The notes beneath the pieces are model-generated. The model searched no databases. It had not been told where the DNA came from and was given only the letters and a program-made list of their open reading frames with translations. A stretch of DNA of 64,000 nt from Acidobacteriota bacterium (lineage in GTDB: Bacteria > Acidobacteriota > UBA890 > WLXD01). The position numbers and the translations under genes are program-made. Location: contig CBDBHB010000008.1 of NCBI GenBank assembly GCA_965205505.1, forward strand, positions 96,001-160,000, given 5' to 3'. How positions within the stretch are numbered: position 1 is the first letter of the stretch; every line of letters starts with the position of its first letter. This document shows, piece after piece, positions 20,616 to 31,082 of the stretch.

Positions 20616-21407
20616 ATGGTGATCGCCAAGAAGAAATGGGGGCAGCACTGGCTGGCGAACGACGCCCTGGCCGAGACTCTCGCGACGGCGGTCAGTGTGC
20701 GTCCTGGCGAGACCTTCCTCGAGATCGGGCCCGGAACCGGGCGCCTCACCGGCGCGCTGCTGCGCCACCAAGCAAGGGTGGTCGCGGTCGAGGTAGACCC
20801 TGAGTGCTGCGAAGAGCTGCGGCAGCGCTACGCTGGCGCAGCTCTCACCTTGATTCAGGGCGACGCGCTGGCGATCGATGTGGAGTTACCGTGGCAAACG
20901 AACCCGCTACGCCTGATCGGGAACCTGCCCTACAACCTCAGTGGACCCTTCTTGCGGTGGACGGCGACGCATCGGACCGACATCGTTGATGCTCACTACA
21001 TGCTGCAACGTGAGGTTGCTGATCGTGCCGCAAGCGCGCCGGGAACCAAGTCCTACGGCGTGCTGTCTGTGCGTACGCAATGGGAGTTCGAGGTCAACGT
21101 GGTCAAGCGTTTGACCGCCGGCTCCTTTCGCCCGATGCCGAAAGTCGATTCGGCCTTCGTACGACTGACCCCGCGCCCCCTCTCGGAGGCACCGAAACCA
21201 TCGGAGCACGAGATGCGAACGCTGCAAGCGGGGTTCGCGCATCGCCGCAAAACACTCGTGAATGGGCTGGTGCACGCCAGTTGGAACGCCGAGGCGGTCG
21301 CCGAGGCATGCCTCCAGATCAGCCTACCCAGCGGTGCGCGCGCTGAAACGCTCGCACCTCACCAGTGGCGCTCGCTCGCCGCGACGCTGCCGTTCCTGCC
21401 ACGATGA
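20616..21407 (+). CDS. rsmA: 16S rRNA adenine dimethyltransferase KsgA
   Basis: KKWGQHWL, EIGPGTG, GNLPYN, F.PMPKVDS. Confidence 0.95.
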   Translation: MVIAKKKWGQHWLANDALAETLATAVSVRPGETFLEIGPGTGRLTGALLRHQARVVAVEVDPECCEELRQRYAGAALTLIQGDALAIDVELPWQTNPLRLIGNLPYNLSGPFLRWTATHRTDIVDAHYMLQREVADRAASAPGTKSYGVLSVRTQWEFEVNVVKRLTAGSFRPMPKVDSAFVRLTPRPLSEAPKPSEHEMRTLQAGFAHRRKTLVNGLVHASWNAEAVAEACLQISLPSGARAETLAPHQWRSLAATLPFLPR

Positions 21408-22210
21408 GCGCCACCGGGCCGGCGCTGGGCACTGCCATCCTCCTCGGGATCCTCCAGGGCCTGACCGAGTTCTTGCCGATATCCAGCAGCGGTCACCTGG
21501 GAGCCGCACAACTGCTGTTTCCCGACACGGCGTATCCCGGTGTCACCCTCGAGCTTGCCACCCATCTGGGAACGACGGTCGCGGTGTTGTTCTACCATCG
21601 AGAACTTGTTTCAGGCTTGTTCCGTCACCGGCCGGGGGCAGCCCTCCTGGGCATCGAGCGCTCGCAGTGGTGGCTCCTACTCCTGGTTGGCAGCTTGCCG
21701 ACCGCCATGCTCGGACTCCTGTTACGCGATGCCGACTACGCTGCGTTCGGCAGCCTGCATGCGATCGCCGCGGCCTTCTTGGTGTCCGGTGCGTTCTTGA
21801 TGGCCTCGCGTCTGCAACCACGCACCGATCGACAGATCACCTGGAGAACTGCCCTATTGATGGGCATCGTGCAGGGGTTCGCTATCTTCCCTGGCCTTTC
21901 GCGTTCCGGCTTGACGATCAGCGTGGCGCTGCTGGCCAAGGTGCGGCCGGCGCATGCGGTCACCTTCTCGCTTCTCATGTCAGTCCCGGCGATCCTGGGA
22001 GCGACAGTGCTCGACGCTGTGCAATCGAGTCTCTCGTCGGCCCCCGCCGCGCTCTTGTCCAGCCATATACTCTTTGCTACTCTTGCGGCCGGGCTCGTTG
22101 GTTACTTTTGCATCGGGTTCGTACACCGCGCTGCCCGGGTTGGCTGGTGGTACCGTTTCGCATGGTACTGTTGGCTCGGAGCGCTGGTGTTGCTCGCGGC
22201 CGCGCGTTAG
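21404..22210 (+). CDS. uppP: Undecaprenyl-diphosphatase
   Basis: QGLTEFLPISSSGH, PGLSRSG; ATGA overlap with rsmA. Confidence 0.95.
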   Translation: MSATGPALGTAILLGILQGLTEFLPISSSGHLGAAQLLFPDTAYPGVTLELATHLGTTVAVLFYHRELVSGLFRHRPGAALLGIERSQWWLLLLVGSLPTAMLGLLLRDADYAAFGSLHAIAAAFLVSGAFLMASRLQPRTDRQITWRTALLMGIVQGFAIFPGLSRSGLTISVALLAKVRPAHAVTFSLLMSVPAILGATVLDAVQSSLSSAPAALLSSHILFATLAAGLVGYFCIGFVHRAARVGWWYRFAWYCWLGALVLLAAAR

Positions 22211-22256
22211 GGGCGAAAGCCGGCCGAGACCGACGTACTGACATCGAGGTCAGACA

Positions 22257-24665
22257 TTGGCTCGGACACGCACGGCTCAGACACAGGCGGCTCGCGCTAC
22301 CACGGCCCGTAAGCGAGCGACACGCAAAGCGCGCCGATCCCACGCCAAGAGTCGGCATCCGAGCCGCCGAGGTGAGTTCCTCGGCATGATCATGCTCGCA
22401 GCGACCACCTTCCTGCTCGTGTCGCTGTACTCATACGACGCCGCCGACGGAGACCTGTTCATCCACATCGCCGGCGACCCGCCCAAAAACCTCGGCGGCA
22501 CCGTTGGCGCTACGTTCGCGGCGCTCGCTTTCCAGATGTTGGGCATCGGCGCGTGGGTCGGAGTCGCGACTTGCGGAACCCTGGGCTGGTGCCGCATTCG
22601 AGGGGAACACATTCCCGCAGTGATCACCAAGACCATCGGGTTGGTCACATTCGTAGGCTTCGGTTGCATTCTGGCGCACTACGGACTCGGGGATGTTTGG
22701 CTCGGTGGACGCCCCTCGCCCGCTGGCGGGTTGCTCGGCGTATCTGGTGGCCATACGTTGCTGGGGGCGTTCGGATCGGTTGGGGGTCCGCTGGTGGCCG
22801 CCACGGCATCGCTGTTGGCGCTGATCGCCGTTACCAAGCTATCGCTCGCTCGCGGCGCGGTCGTGCTGTGGTCGACATGTACGGCCGGCATCAGGCAGGC
22901 GCGTACGACAACAGCGCGCTGGAGGGAACGGCGCCGCAAGACACGTCAGCGTCGCACGGTGATCAAGAAGTACGCTGCCCGGCACGTCGACGAAGAGATC
23001 GAGACAATATCGACAGTCACCGACTCGGGTGCTCTGCTGACATTGCGCGTCCCGGTCAATGCCACCCGCCTGGGAGCACCGGTTCCTGAGCTCTTGCTCG
23101 ACCCCGACGCCGGGCTTGAAGCCAACGCCGATACCGGCATGCCGCGAATCGAGCTCACCGAGCCGAGCGCGTCCGCGGCGCTGCCGTTCGAACAGCCGGC
23201 CGGCCCCGATGGCGACTACGCCCTACCGGAAACCGAGCTACTGAATCAGTCTGAAGCCGGCCAGGCAATCGACCAGAAAGAGCTGATGGAGAAGGCCAAA
23301 GCCATCACCTCCAAGGCGGCTGAGTTCCGCGTCACCGGCGAGGTGGTAGCGATCCACCCCGGCCCGGTGGTGGCCACTTTCGAGTTCCGGCCTGGCACCG
23401 GCGTCAAGTACAGCCGCATAACCAACCTTGAAGATGACCTCAGCCTGGCGCTCAAAGCCGAGTCGATCCGTATCGCCCGTCTACCCGGCAAGGCCACTGT
23501 CGGCATTGAGGTGCCCAACAACGACCGCGCCACAATCGGTTTCCGCGACATCATCGAGTCGGCCGAGTTCCAAGGCTCTAAGTCAAAGCTCACGTTAGCG
23601 CTCGGCAAGCAGATCCACGGTGAGACGACGGTCACCGACCTCGCACGCATGCCGCACCTGCTTATCGCCGGCACGACCGGTGCCGGCAAGAGCGTGGCGC
23701 TCAACTGCATGCTGTTGAGCTTGCTCTACAAGGCCACGCCCGACGAAGTGAAGGTCGTGCTGATCGACCCCAAACGCCTGGAATTCGGTCTCTACAAGGA
23801 CATCCCGCATCTGCTCACGCCCGTCGTTGTCGAGCCCAAGTTGGCCGCCAACGCGCTGGCCTGGGCTGTGCGAGAGATGGAGCAACGCTACAAGCTGCTG
23901 GCGGAGTACGGCGTACGTAGCGTCGATCAGTTCAACCTGATCCTCAAGCGCGGGGGCCGGGAGCTAGGCGACATAGACGAGGCTGCCGAAGAGCTCAAGC
24001 CCCTCCCCTACATCGTGGTCATCATCGACGAGCTCGCCGATCTCATGATGACCTCTTCGAACCTTGTCGAGGAAGCGATCATCCGACTGTCGCAAATGGC
24101 GCGAGCGGTCGGCATTCACCTGATTCTGGCTACTCAGAGGCCCTCCGTTGACGTGCTCACCGGCGTCATCAAGAACAACCTGCCGGCGAGAATGAGCTTC
24201 CGCGTCGCTTCACGGATCGACTCGCGAGTGATTCTCGACACGCACGGGGCCGAGACCCTGCTCGGGCACGGCGACATGCTCTTCCTGGCACCCGGAACGT
24301 CCCGACTGTCTCGAGTACACGCCGCTTTCGTTACCGAGCAGGAGGTAAAGTCGGTAGTCGCCTTCTGGCGCGATCAAGCGCGTCCGACCTACTCGACTGA
24401 GGTTACCCAGGCACCCCCGGCGTCGGCTGGCAGGGGCAAGGGCGCAGATCCGTCGGCGCGCGACGAGTTCTTCGCTGACGCCGTGCGCGTCGTGGTAAAT
24501 GCCGGCGAGGCCTCAGTCTCCAACATTCAGCGCAAGCTCAGTCTCGGATACGCGCGCGCCGGTCGCATCATGGACATGATGGAAGTGGAAGGAATCGTCG
24601 GACCGCCGAGTGGCTCGAAACCCCGCAGGGTGCTGGTGGACTCGAGCTATCTGGCGTCTCTCTAG
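22257..24665 (+). CDS. ftsK: DNA translocase FtsK
   Basis: N-terminal TMs, PHLLIAGTTGAGKS, IDELADLM, ATQRPS, gamma domain. Confidence 0.97.
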   Translation: MARTRTAQTQAARATTARKRATRKARRSHAKSRHPSRRGEFLGMIMLAATTFLLVSLYSYDAADGDLFIHIAGDPPKNLGGTVGATFAALAFQMLGIGAWVGVATCGTLGWCRIRGEHIPAVITKTIGLVTFVGFGCILAHYGLGDVWLGGRPSPAGGLLGVSGGHTLLGAFGSVGGPLVAATASLLALIAVTKLSLARGAVVLWSTCTAGIRQARTTTARWRERRRKTRQRRTVIKKYAARHVDEEIETISTVTDSGALLTLRVPVNATRLGAPVPELLLDPDAGLEANADTGMPRIELTEPSASAALPFEQPAGPDGDYALPETELLNQSEAGQAIDQKELMEKAKAITSKAAEFRVTGEVVAIHPGPVVATFEFRPGTGVKYSRITNLEDDLSLALKAESIRIARLPGKATVGIEVPNNDRATIGFRDIIESAEFQGSKSKLTLALGKQIHGETTVTDLARMPHLLIAGTTGAGKSVALNCMLLSLLYKATPDEVKVVLIDPKRLEFGLYKDIPHLLTPVVVEPKLAANALAWAVREMEQRYKLLAEYGVRSVDQFNLILKRGGRELGDIDEAAEELKPLPYIVVIIDELADLMMTSSNLVEEAIIRLSQMARAVGIHLILATQRPSVDVLTGVIKNNLPARMSFRVASRIDSRVILDTHGAETLLGHGDMLFLAPGTSRLSRVHAAFVTEQEVKSVVAFWRDQARPTYSTEVTQAPPASAGRGKGADPSARDEFFADAVRVVVNAGEASVSNIQRKLSLGYARAGRIMDMMEVEGIVGPPSGSKPRRVLVDSSYLASL

Positions 24666-24719
24666 ATTCCCGCAAACGGAGGTTCGTTGCGTATTGCCGG
24701 GGCGAGATAGCGCGGGCAA

Positions 24720-25160
24720 TCAGCCGTCGTTGCTTTCGGCAGACAGGCTCTTCACCAACGAGATACACGTGCCCCCACCGTCCGGGAACGAGAAGCTCAC
24801 CTCGTCCATGAACTGGCGCATGAGGTAAACGCCGCGACCGCCTTCGCTGAGCAGGTTCTCGGCCGACAAGGGGTCGCCCAGTGCTCCTGGGTCGAAACCC
24901 TCGCCTTGATCGCACACCGATATCTCGACGCGGCCGTCGCCGAGCCGATAGTCCACGCTGACGGCGGTATCGGGGCGCTCCTTGTTGCCGTGCAGGACAG
25001 CATTCATCACTGCCTCCCGGACCGCCAGGACTGGCCAGTACGCCTCCTCGTCGTCGAAGCCGGCCATCGTGAAGATGCGCTCGGAGAACGCCTGCAGAGG
25101 ATCGATCCACTCGCGCCGGCTGCCGCATCGGACTGTCACGTTCATTTTCTTGACCGCCAT
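24720..25160 (-). CDS. RsbW/SpoIIAB-like ATP-binding protein (anti-sigma kinase fold)
   Basis: EAVMNAVLHGN, DQGEGFD, GGRGVYLMRQFMD. Confidence 0.88.
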   Translation of the reverse strand: MAVKKMNVTVRCGSRREWIDPLQAFSERIFTMAGFDDEEAYWPVLAVREAVMNAVLHGNKERPDTAVSVDYRLGDGRVEISVCDQGEGFDPGALGDPLSAENLLSEGGRGVYLMRQFMDEVSFSFPDGGGTCISLVKSLSAESNDG

Positions 25161-27391
25161 TGTCCTCCGGTCTCCGTTGGTGAGCGATCGGCGTTGCCGG
25201 GATCGGCGACAACCACCACGACCTTCCCGGCGCTGCGATTCAGCGCCGTGTCAGTCACCTGAACGACCACCGTATGCTCACCGGGAGTAAGGTCTCCGAT
25301 GCTGAATTCAATAGCCTCGATCGCCGAATCGGCAGCACCATCGGCGGGTAATACTGTATGCCAAACTGCACCGTCCACAGAATACCGGAGCTGCCGCAGA
25401 AGCGATGTGGCATCGTGAACGCGGCCGGAAACGCGCACCTCGTCACCATCGATAGTAGCGTTCAACGCATCGAACACTGGCGCCGTGTTGTCGACGGTGA
25501 AGGCTCTTGACGTCGCGCTCCCCGACTTGGCCAAAAGCTGCGGGTTGGACGGGCGATCGCTCGCGGATACGCGCACTGCATACCTGCCGTCGGCCAGGCG
25601 GGCCGTATCGAAGGTGAACTGCGTTGTGTCGAGCTGCTCGGCGAGCGGTTTCCAGGTCGTTTCCTCCTCGCCGCGGAACTCGAGGGTGTATTCGAGCCCG
25701 TCGCCGTTGGGGTCGCTCGCTTCCCATGTGAAGGTGCGCAAGCCGTGCATGTAAAGCGGCCGGCCGAGGAACGGGCGGGCGGCGCTGACGGAGGTCGACG
25801 AATCCATGCTACGAAGCGCCTCGGCCACGGACGGTGGGATCTGCGCGAAGGGCAGGCCATCCTCGAATGCGGCGGTCTGGCGATAGATCACTCCGGCCGG
25901 ATGAACTTGAAGCTCGTCGAGCCTAGGGGGGAGATTACCGGGAACGTAGGCGATCTCGACGCGATACAACGTCGGAGTCCGCCCGCCGTCGGAAGTCACC
26001 AACTCGGCGCGCCACTGCAGGAAGCGCGCCGCCGGCGAGGCAACCCCACTGGCGTTCGTATCGCCCGGCGGCCTCGACCACGCACTCCACGTATCATCAG
26101 GCGTGCCGGTATTGCCGCTGCGCGTGTAGAGCCGCACCGCCGTTCCATCCGGAGTCTCGGCCCGCCAACGGAGCGTTCCCCACGTGGAGGTCGTGCCGGT
26201 GTCCTTGACCTGCGAAAGGTACTCTCCCTGGGCGCGATAGGACGCTTCCAGACAGTGTACACGCCCGATGTTGCTGGTCGCGGCCAACGTCACCGAGCTG
26301 TTTACTCGTACCAACTCCACGACCTGTTCCGCGTCGAGCTGGCTCAGCAACGTCGCGCTTCGATCGGCGCCGACGCGGTAGACGTGCCCACCGGGCCCCG
26401 TGCCCGCAAGCACACCGCCCGGTGCCGTCGCGAGCGCGTAAACACCCTCGCTAGCGCTCTCCCAAACCGTCTGTGCGAACCCGTCCGCATCAAGTCGATA
26501 CACCGCTCCCGATGCCTTGGCCGCCCCGTCTGCGGGAGCAGACAGCGACACACGCCCGCCCAACGGCGCCTCTGCGTCCGAGCCTGCGTTGCCGTCGGCC
26601 GTTCCGAACGCACCGACCCACACCGATCCATCCGCCAGTAATATGTCGGTAATTTCGGGCAACGGGGCATCGTAGAGAACGAACACCTCGCCGGACTCCG
26701 AGATGCGATACACGTAGCCGTTGCCGTCGGTGCCGGCGACAACCCCACCGGCAGCGTCAACCGCGACCGTCGTTACGTTGGGCTCCGCTGTCTCGTACAA
26801 ACGCTCTAGACGGCCGTCCTCGATGCGGACGATGCTTGCGGCGCCGCCGGTAGCGGCGACCAAGCGGCCCCGCGGATCAACGGCCAGATCCCAAACATAC
26901 GCCACGTCGAGCTCGGCCCAGGCCTCCAGCTCGTCGCCCGCGTAGTCGTCGGGTACCCGATATATGGAGCCACGCGGTCCTGCAGCCACGAACAGATGTC
27001 CGTCGGGGGCCCAAGCAATGGCCTGAACGAGTCCCTCGCCAGGGACGGTGAAGAACACCTCGGCCTCGGCATCTGGCCGCACTCGCGTCACACTCCCCTG
27101 TTCGCCCGCGGCGACGAAAACGCTGCCCGCGCCATCGGTCGCAACTCCCCAGATACGCGGCCGATCAGCGTCGAACACTGTGGCGATCGATGGCGCCAGG
27201 CGGAGAGCACCGTCCGCCGCAATCGAAACCCCCAGCGGCTCGCCGGCCGAGAAGTCTTTGGCGCCAGCCTGCAACCACACAGCCGGGCCGCTACCCAGCC
27301 CCGCGCCGGCGATCACCAGTGCAGCCGCAGCAACCCCAGTGGCAGCCCTGCTATGCAAGCTTCCTCCATGTCGGGGCCAGGCACCAAGCAC
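25142..27391 (-). CDS. Secreted hypothetical protein, probable beta-propeller plus FN3/Ig-like C-terminus
   Basis: 749-aa ORF with hydrophobic N-terminus, repeated 'AGT..G.VYR' blades, W.ASDPNGD and VDNTAP motifs; start uncertain. Confidence 0.7.
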   Translation of the reverse strand: MLGAWPRHGGSLHSRAATGVAAAALVIAGAGLGSGPAVWLQAGAKDFSAGEPLGVSIAADGALRLAPSIATVFDADRPRIWGVATDGAGSVFVAAGEQGSVTRVRPDAEAEVFFTVPGEGLVQAIAWAPDGHLFVAAGPRGSIYRVPDDYAGDELEAWAELDVAYVWDLAVDPRGRLVAATGGAASIVRIEDGRLERLYETAEPNVTTVAVDAAGGVVAGTDGNGYVYRISESGEVFVLYDAPLPEITDILLADGSVWVGAFGTADGNAGSDAEAPLGGRVSLSAPADGAAKASGAVYRLDADGFAQTVWESASEGVYALATAPGGVLAGTGPGGHVYRVGADRSATLLSQLDAEQVVELVRVNSSVTLAATSNIGRVHCLEASYRAQGEYLSQVKDTGTTSTWGTLRWRAETPDGTAVRLYTRSGNTGTPDDTWSAWSRPPGDTNASGVASPAARFLQWRAELVTSDGGRTPTLYRVEIAYVPGNLPPRLDELQVHPAGVIYRQTAAFEDGLPFAQIPPSVAEALRSMDSSTSVSAARPFLGRPLYMHGLRTFTWEASDPNGDGLEYTLEFRGEEETTWKPLAEQLDTTQFTFDTARLADGRYAVRVSASDRPSNPQLLAKSGSATSRAFTVDNTAPVFDALNATIDGDEVRVSGRVHDATSLLRQLRYSVDGAVWHTVLPADGAADSAIEAIEFSIGDLTPGEHTVVVQVTDTALNRSAGKVVVVVADPGNADRSPTETGGQWRSRK

Positions 27392-27396
27392 GACGC

Positions 27397-29238
27397 CTAG
27401 CGATTCCGTACTTGCACTTCGATCTGGTGGGAGCCGCTGACCACGTAGTCAACTGGCTGCACGATCTCGAGGATCAGCGCACGATCAAGCCGAACCACGT
27501 CGCCCTTTGCCTGCTCGGAGCTCAACACTTGCAGGACCGAGGGAGGCAACGCCGGCAGCGTCTCTCCGTTCAGCAGCGCTCCCGTGGCGGCGCGCGTCGC
27601 CCGCATGTACAGCCGATCACTGCGGCGGAGATTGTTCAACAACCGAATCACTTGAGCGAGATTCCGCGGTCGGTTGGAACTCTGAATCGCGGCCGCCTCC
27701 CGCTGCTCGATCGACGCGGCATCGCCGACCACGAGCGTCACCGGGCCGGGCGGCGTGCCCGGCGGCACGGTGAACTTCAGCTGCTCGAGAACCTCCGGCC
27801 CCCGAAATGGCTTCAGCGCCACCGTCACCGTCACCGTCTCGCCCGGTCTGACGCTCGCCCGGTCGTACCAAATGCGGCTGATCGTCGCGCTTCTGCGATC
27901 GTGCCGCAGGTTGATGGACAGCTCGATCCCCTGCACCTCGACCGGCTCAAACGCGTTGTCGTAGAGCGCCCCGAATAGACCGGCCAGGGCCGACGACAGC
28001 GACAAGATCGCCTGGTTGGGAGACGAGAACAGGTTGTCGAAACGCACCGGATCGAGCCCGTCACCAAGTTCGATCTGTGCGTCGACCTCAATGGAGCCCT
28101 CGCCGAAGGTACGGTCGAGGCTCTGAATACCGCTGACCAGGCCGAAGAACAGATACAGCGGTGTGATGAGCCGGTCGGCGACGATCTCGAAATCAAGGCG
28201 CTCCGTTCTTCCCGCCGCTTCGATCCGCGTACGCACCGGGACCATCCGCGGCTGTGCGCCGATGATCCCCAGGATCGCGGCTTGCCGGTCCTGCCGAACG
28301 GCACCCACCACCTGATCTCCGGCAACCGCGAGCTTGGAGGAAGCTTGCGAGCTACTGAGCACAGTCACGACCTGCGCCGCGACCATCGGAAAATCGACGT
28401 TGCCCCCGTGCAGGAACGGGTGTCCAAAAGCGAGGAGCCGATCTCCATCGCGATAGGTAACCGTCCCGGAAGCGGTGATGTTGATGTCCCCTCGGACGAG
28501 TTGAACGGCAACCATGCCGCCGGGCTCGAGATTGGCCTCGATCTCCATCGAACCGGCGGTTCCGCCAAGCGTGGGCGTCCACCCGAGCAAATCAAACAGC
28601 GGAGCGAGGCGCCCGACGAGCGTCGGCGCCAATCCCCCGATGGCGATCGGTGTCGAGATCGGCCGTACCCCTTGCATGGCACCGTGTAGCGGCAGCAGCG
28701 CCTCGGCACTGCCCGCGCCGGTCAACAGATCGGCCGCAGCCTGCAAGACAAGCTCCGGCGAGACATCCACTGCCACCGACGTCCCCGGGCCGCCGGATTC
28801 GAGCGCCGACACCTGCAACATTTCTTCGATGGACACGATCCCGGCGACCGCCTCGTGCCCGAAGTTCACCAGCCGATAGGCCACGGCGCCCAGGAGGCGG
28901 CCGTCGATGTACACCGGACTGCCGCTCATCCCAGCCAGCACGCCAGCGTGCTCGAGACCCAGCCCGGTGAGCCGCGCGACGATCAGATCGTGCTTCGGGA
29001 ACACGTTGTGCAGCACACCGAGCACCTCGGCGCTGAAGCTCTCGGGCTCCGTACCACGCACGACCGTATACCCGGTGCCCACCATGCCAACGCGGACCTC
29101 CGAGAAACTCATCAGCTCGGGTGTCGTCGCCGCGCTTGCCTGCGCTCGCGGCGCCGATCCCAGCGCCGGGCCGCCAGCCACGACGGCGAGCGCAAGGGCC
29201 CCGAGAAATGGTCTGAGAAGATGGGCAGATCGGCTCAT
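27397..29238 (-). CDS. SpoIVB-like peptidase S55 domain protein, secreted
   Basis: Signal peptide, GMSGSPVYIDG, GTVTY, AFGHP. Confidence 0.85.
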   Translation of the reverse strand: MSRSAHLLRPFLGALALAVVAGGPALGSAPRAQASAATTPELMSFSEVRVGMVGTGYTVVRGTEPESFSAEVLGVLHNVFPKHDLIVARLTGLGLEHAGVLAGMSGSPVYIDGRLLGAVAYRLVNFGHEAVAGIVSIEEMLQVSALESGGPGTSVAVDVSPELVLQAAADLLTGAGSAEALLPLHGAMQGVRPISTPIAIGGLAPTLVGRLAPLFDLLGWTPTLGGTAGSMEIEANLEPGGMVAVQLVRGDINITASGTVTYRDGDRLLAFGHPFLHGGNVDFPMVAAQVVTVLSSSQASSKLAVAGDQVVGAVRQDRQAAILGIIGAQPRMVPVRTRIEAAGRTERLDFEIVADRLITPLYLFFGLVSGIQSLDRTFGEGSIEVDAQIELGDGLDPVRFDNLFSSPNQAILSLSSALAGLFGALYDNAFEPVEVQGIELSINLRHDRRSATISRIWYDRASVRPGETVTVTVALKPFRGPEVLEQLKFTVPPGTPPGPVTLVVGDAASIEQREAAAIQSSNRPRNLAQVIRLLNNLRRSDRLYMRATRAATGALLNGETLPALPPSVLQVLSSEQAKGDVVRLDRALILEIVQPVDYVVSGSHQIEVQVRNR

Positions 29239-29335
29239 GGTGCTCAGAGAAAAGACGCGCCTAGTTTCATGCTAGCAGGGGCCGCTCGCGGCGCACAACG
29301 CGGCCACATTGAGCTGGTTGCGTGCGTCTCGCGAC

Positions 29336-31082
29336 TCAATCGCCCTGCGGCACCCAGCCCGTGTCTCCCATCAGCTTCGGGACGCCGCTGGCGATAACCG
29401 CGGGGCCGTCGCCGTCGAGCGCGTACAGCATCCAGCCGCCATCGGTGTGGCGCAGCAGCGCATCGGCTTTGCCGTCGCCGTTGAAATCGGCGATCGAGAC
29501 AATCTGGAAGCCAAGGTCGGTACTCATGGCGAGCGCCCCTTCGCTCAGGATCGTCCGGCCGTCCAGCGAGTAGAGGAACCAGGTGCCATCCACGTTTCGC
29601 AACAGTGCATCGGCCTTGCCGTCGCCGCTGAAATCGGCGTGTGACTGCAGGGTGAAGTCGGTATCCGCCGAAATCCCCGGGTCGCCCTTCCGACGGACTT
29701 TCGCTCCGTCGAGCAGGTAGAGGAGCCACTTGCCACCGGCATGACGCACCAGCACGTCGGTGAAACCGTCGCCGTCGAAGTCGGCCAAGGCCTGGACGGT
29801 GAACTTCTGGCTCCTGGCGATCTTCGGCTTGTGCAGGGTCGATCCGCCGTCGCTGTCGAGCACGTACAGCAGCCACGTACCGTTGGCGCGTCGCACCAGC
29901 ACGTCGGCGCGGCCGTCGTTGTTGAAGTCGGCGGTGCCCACGAGGTGTGTCGGTCAGGCTGGTGCTCAAGTCGAGGGCAAGCTCCGACTTCACCGTCTGG
30001 GCCTCGAGCAGATAGAGCCGCCAGCGGCCATCGACGGCGTTGCGTAGCAGCACGTCGGCCCGGCCATCGCCGTCGAAATCAGCGGTCGAGATCAACTTGA
30101 AGTCAGCATCGGCGGTGAGGTCGACAGCACCGTCGGAGATCACCTTCCTACCAACCAGGGTCGCCAGGCGCCACCGGCCGGCGGCTACCGTGCCTCCAGC
30201 GATTGCCGTACCTACGGCGCCGGCCGATCCACGCGATGGCGCGGCCATCTCGCGGAGCAACACGTCGGGCTCGCCATCACCGTCGAAGTCGCTGCGCGAG
30301 ACGGTTTTGAACGCCGCATCCCGGGTCAGGCGAACTGACCCCTTCTGCTCGATCTCCACCGCGTCGCCATCGAAGCGGAGCTTGTACGAGAACCAGCGCC
30401 GGTCGCGACTACGGCTCAACAGCACGGAAGGGGTGATCGCCGTCACGTCAGAGGCCGAAAGCGTGGTGAAGACAAGGTTCTCCCGGCGGATCTCGTTCGG
30501 CGCCGTGTAGTTGATCAGCGGCAAATCGGAGAAAACCCCGCCCGCGTTGAAGATCGGAACCGCCGCGATCGCGTCGACCACCGCCATGCCGGAACCTATC
30601 ACTCGGCCGAAGACGGTGAAGCCGCCGTTCTGCCCATCGAGGGCGGACGCGTTGTTGGCCAGGTTGATGAACCACTGGCTGGTGGCGTTGTTCGGGTCGC
30701 CACCCACCTTCGCCATGGCAATGGTTCCCCGCAGGTTGGAGCGGTTGAACTCGTTCACGATCGGTGGAGCCTGCGCCACCTCGCCCGTGATGGCATCGGC
30801 GTTGAAGGTGAATCCCCCACCCTGGATCACGAACCCAGGCACGCTGCGGTGGATAAAGGAGTCGGTGAAATCGCCGTCGGTGACGTACTCGAGGAAGTTG
30901 GCGACGGTCACCGGGGCGACGTCTGGGAACAGCTCGAGCTCGAAGCTACCGAGCGGCGTGTCGACGTGGACGATGGCCACAACGTCTGCCGCTCGCGAGA
31001 TCGGCGCGGCCGCCAGACTCGCGATTACCAGAAGAGAAACCAGGAAGGCTCGCGGCCGGATGGGGTGCCTACGCTTATTCAC
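29336..31082 (-). CDS. Secreted cyclophilin-type PPIase fused to six FG-GAP-like repeats, frameshifted near 29945
   Basis: APVTVANF, HRSVPGFVIQGGG, GTIAMAK, SQWFINL, VFGRV; six DFxGDG..DxLxR repeats spread over ORFs 29244-31082 and 29336-29941. Confidence 0.8.

Noticed and set aside
29269-29282. CTAGCAGGGGCC as another family A stub
   Set aside because: Only 8 bp match; it reads equally well as an extended -10 (TGCTAGCAT, minus strand) for the S55 gene.
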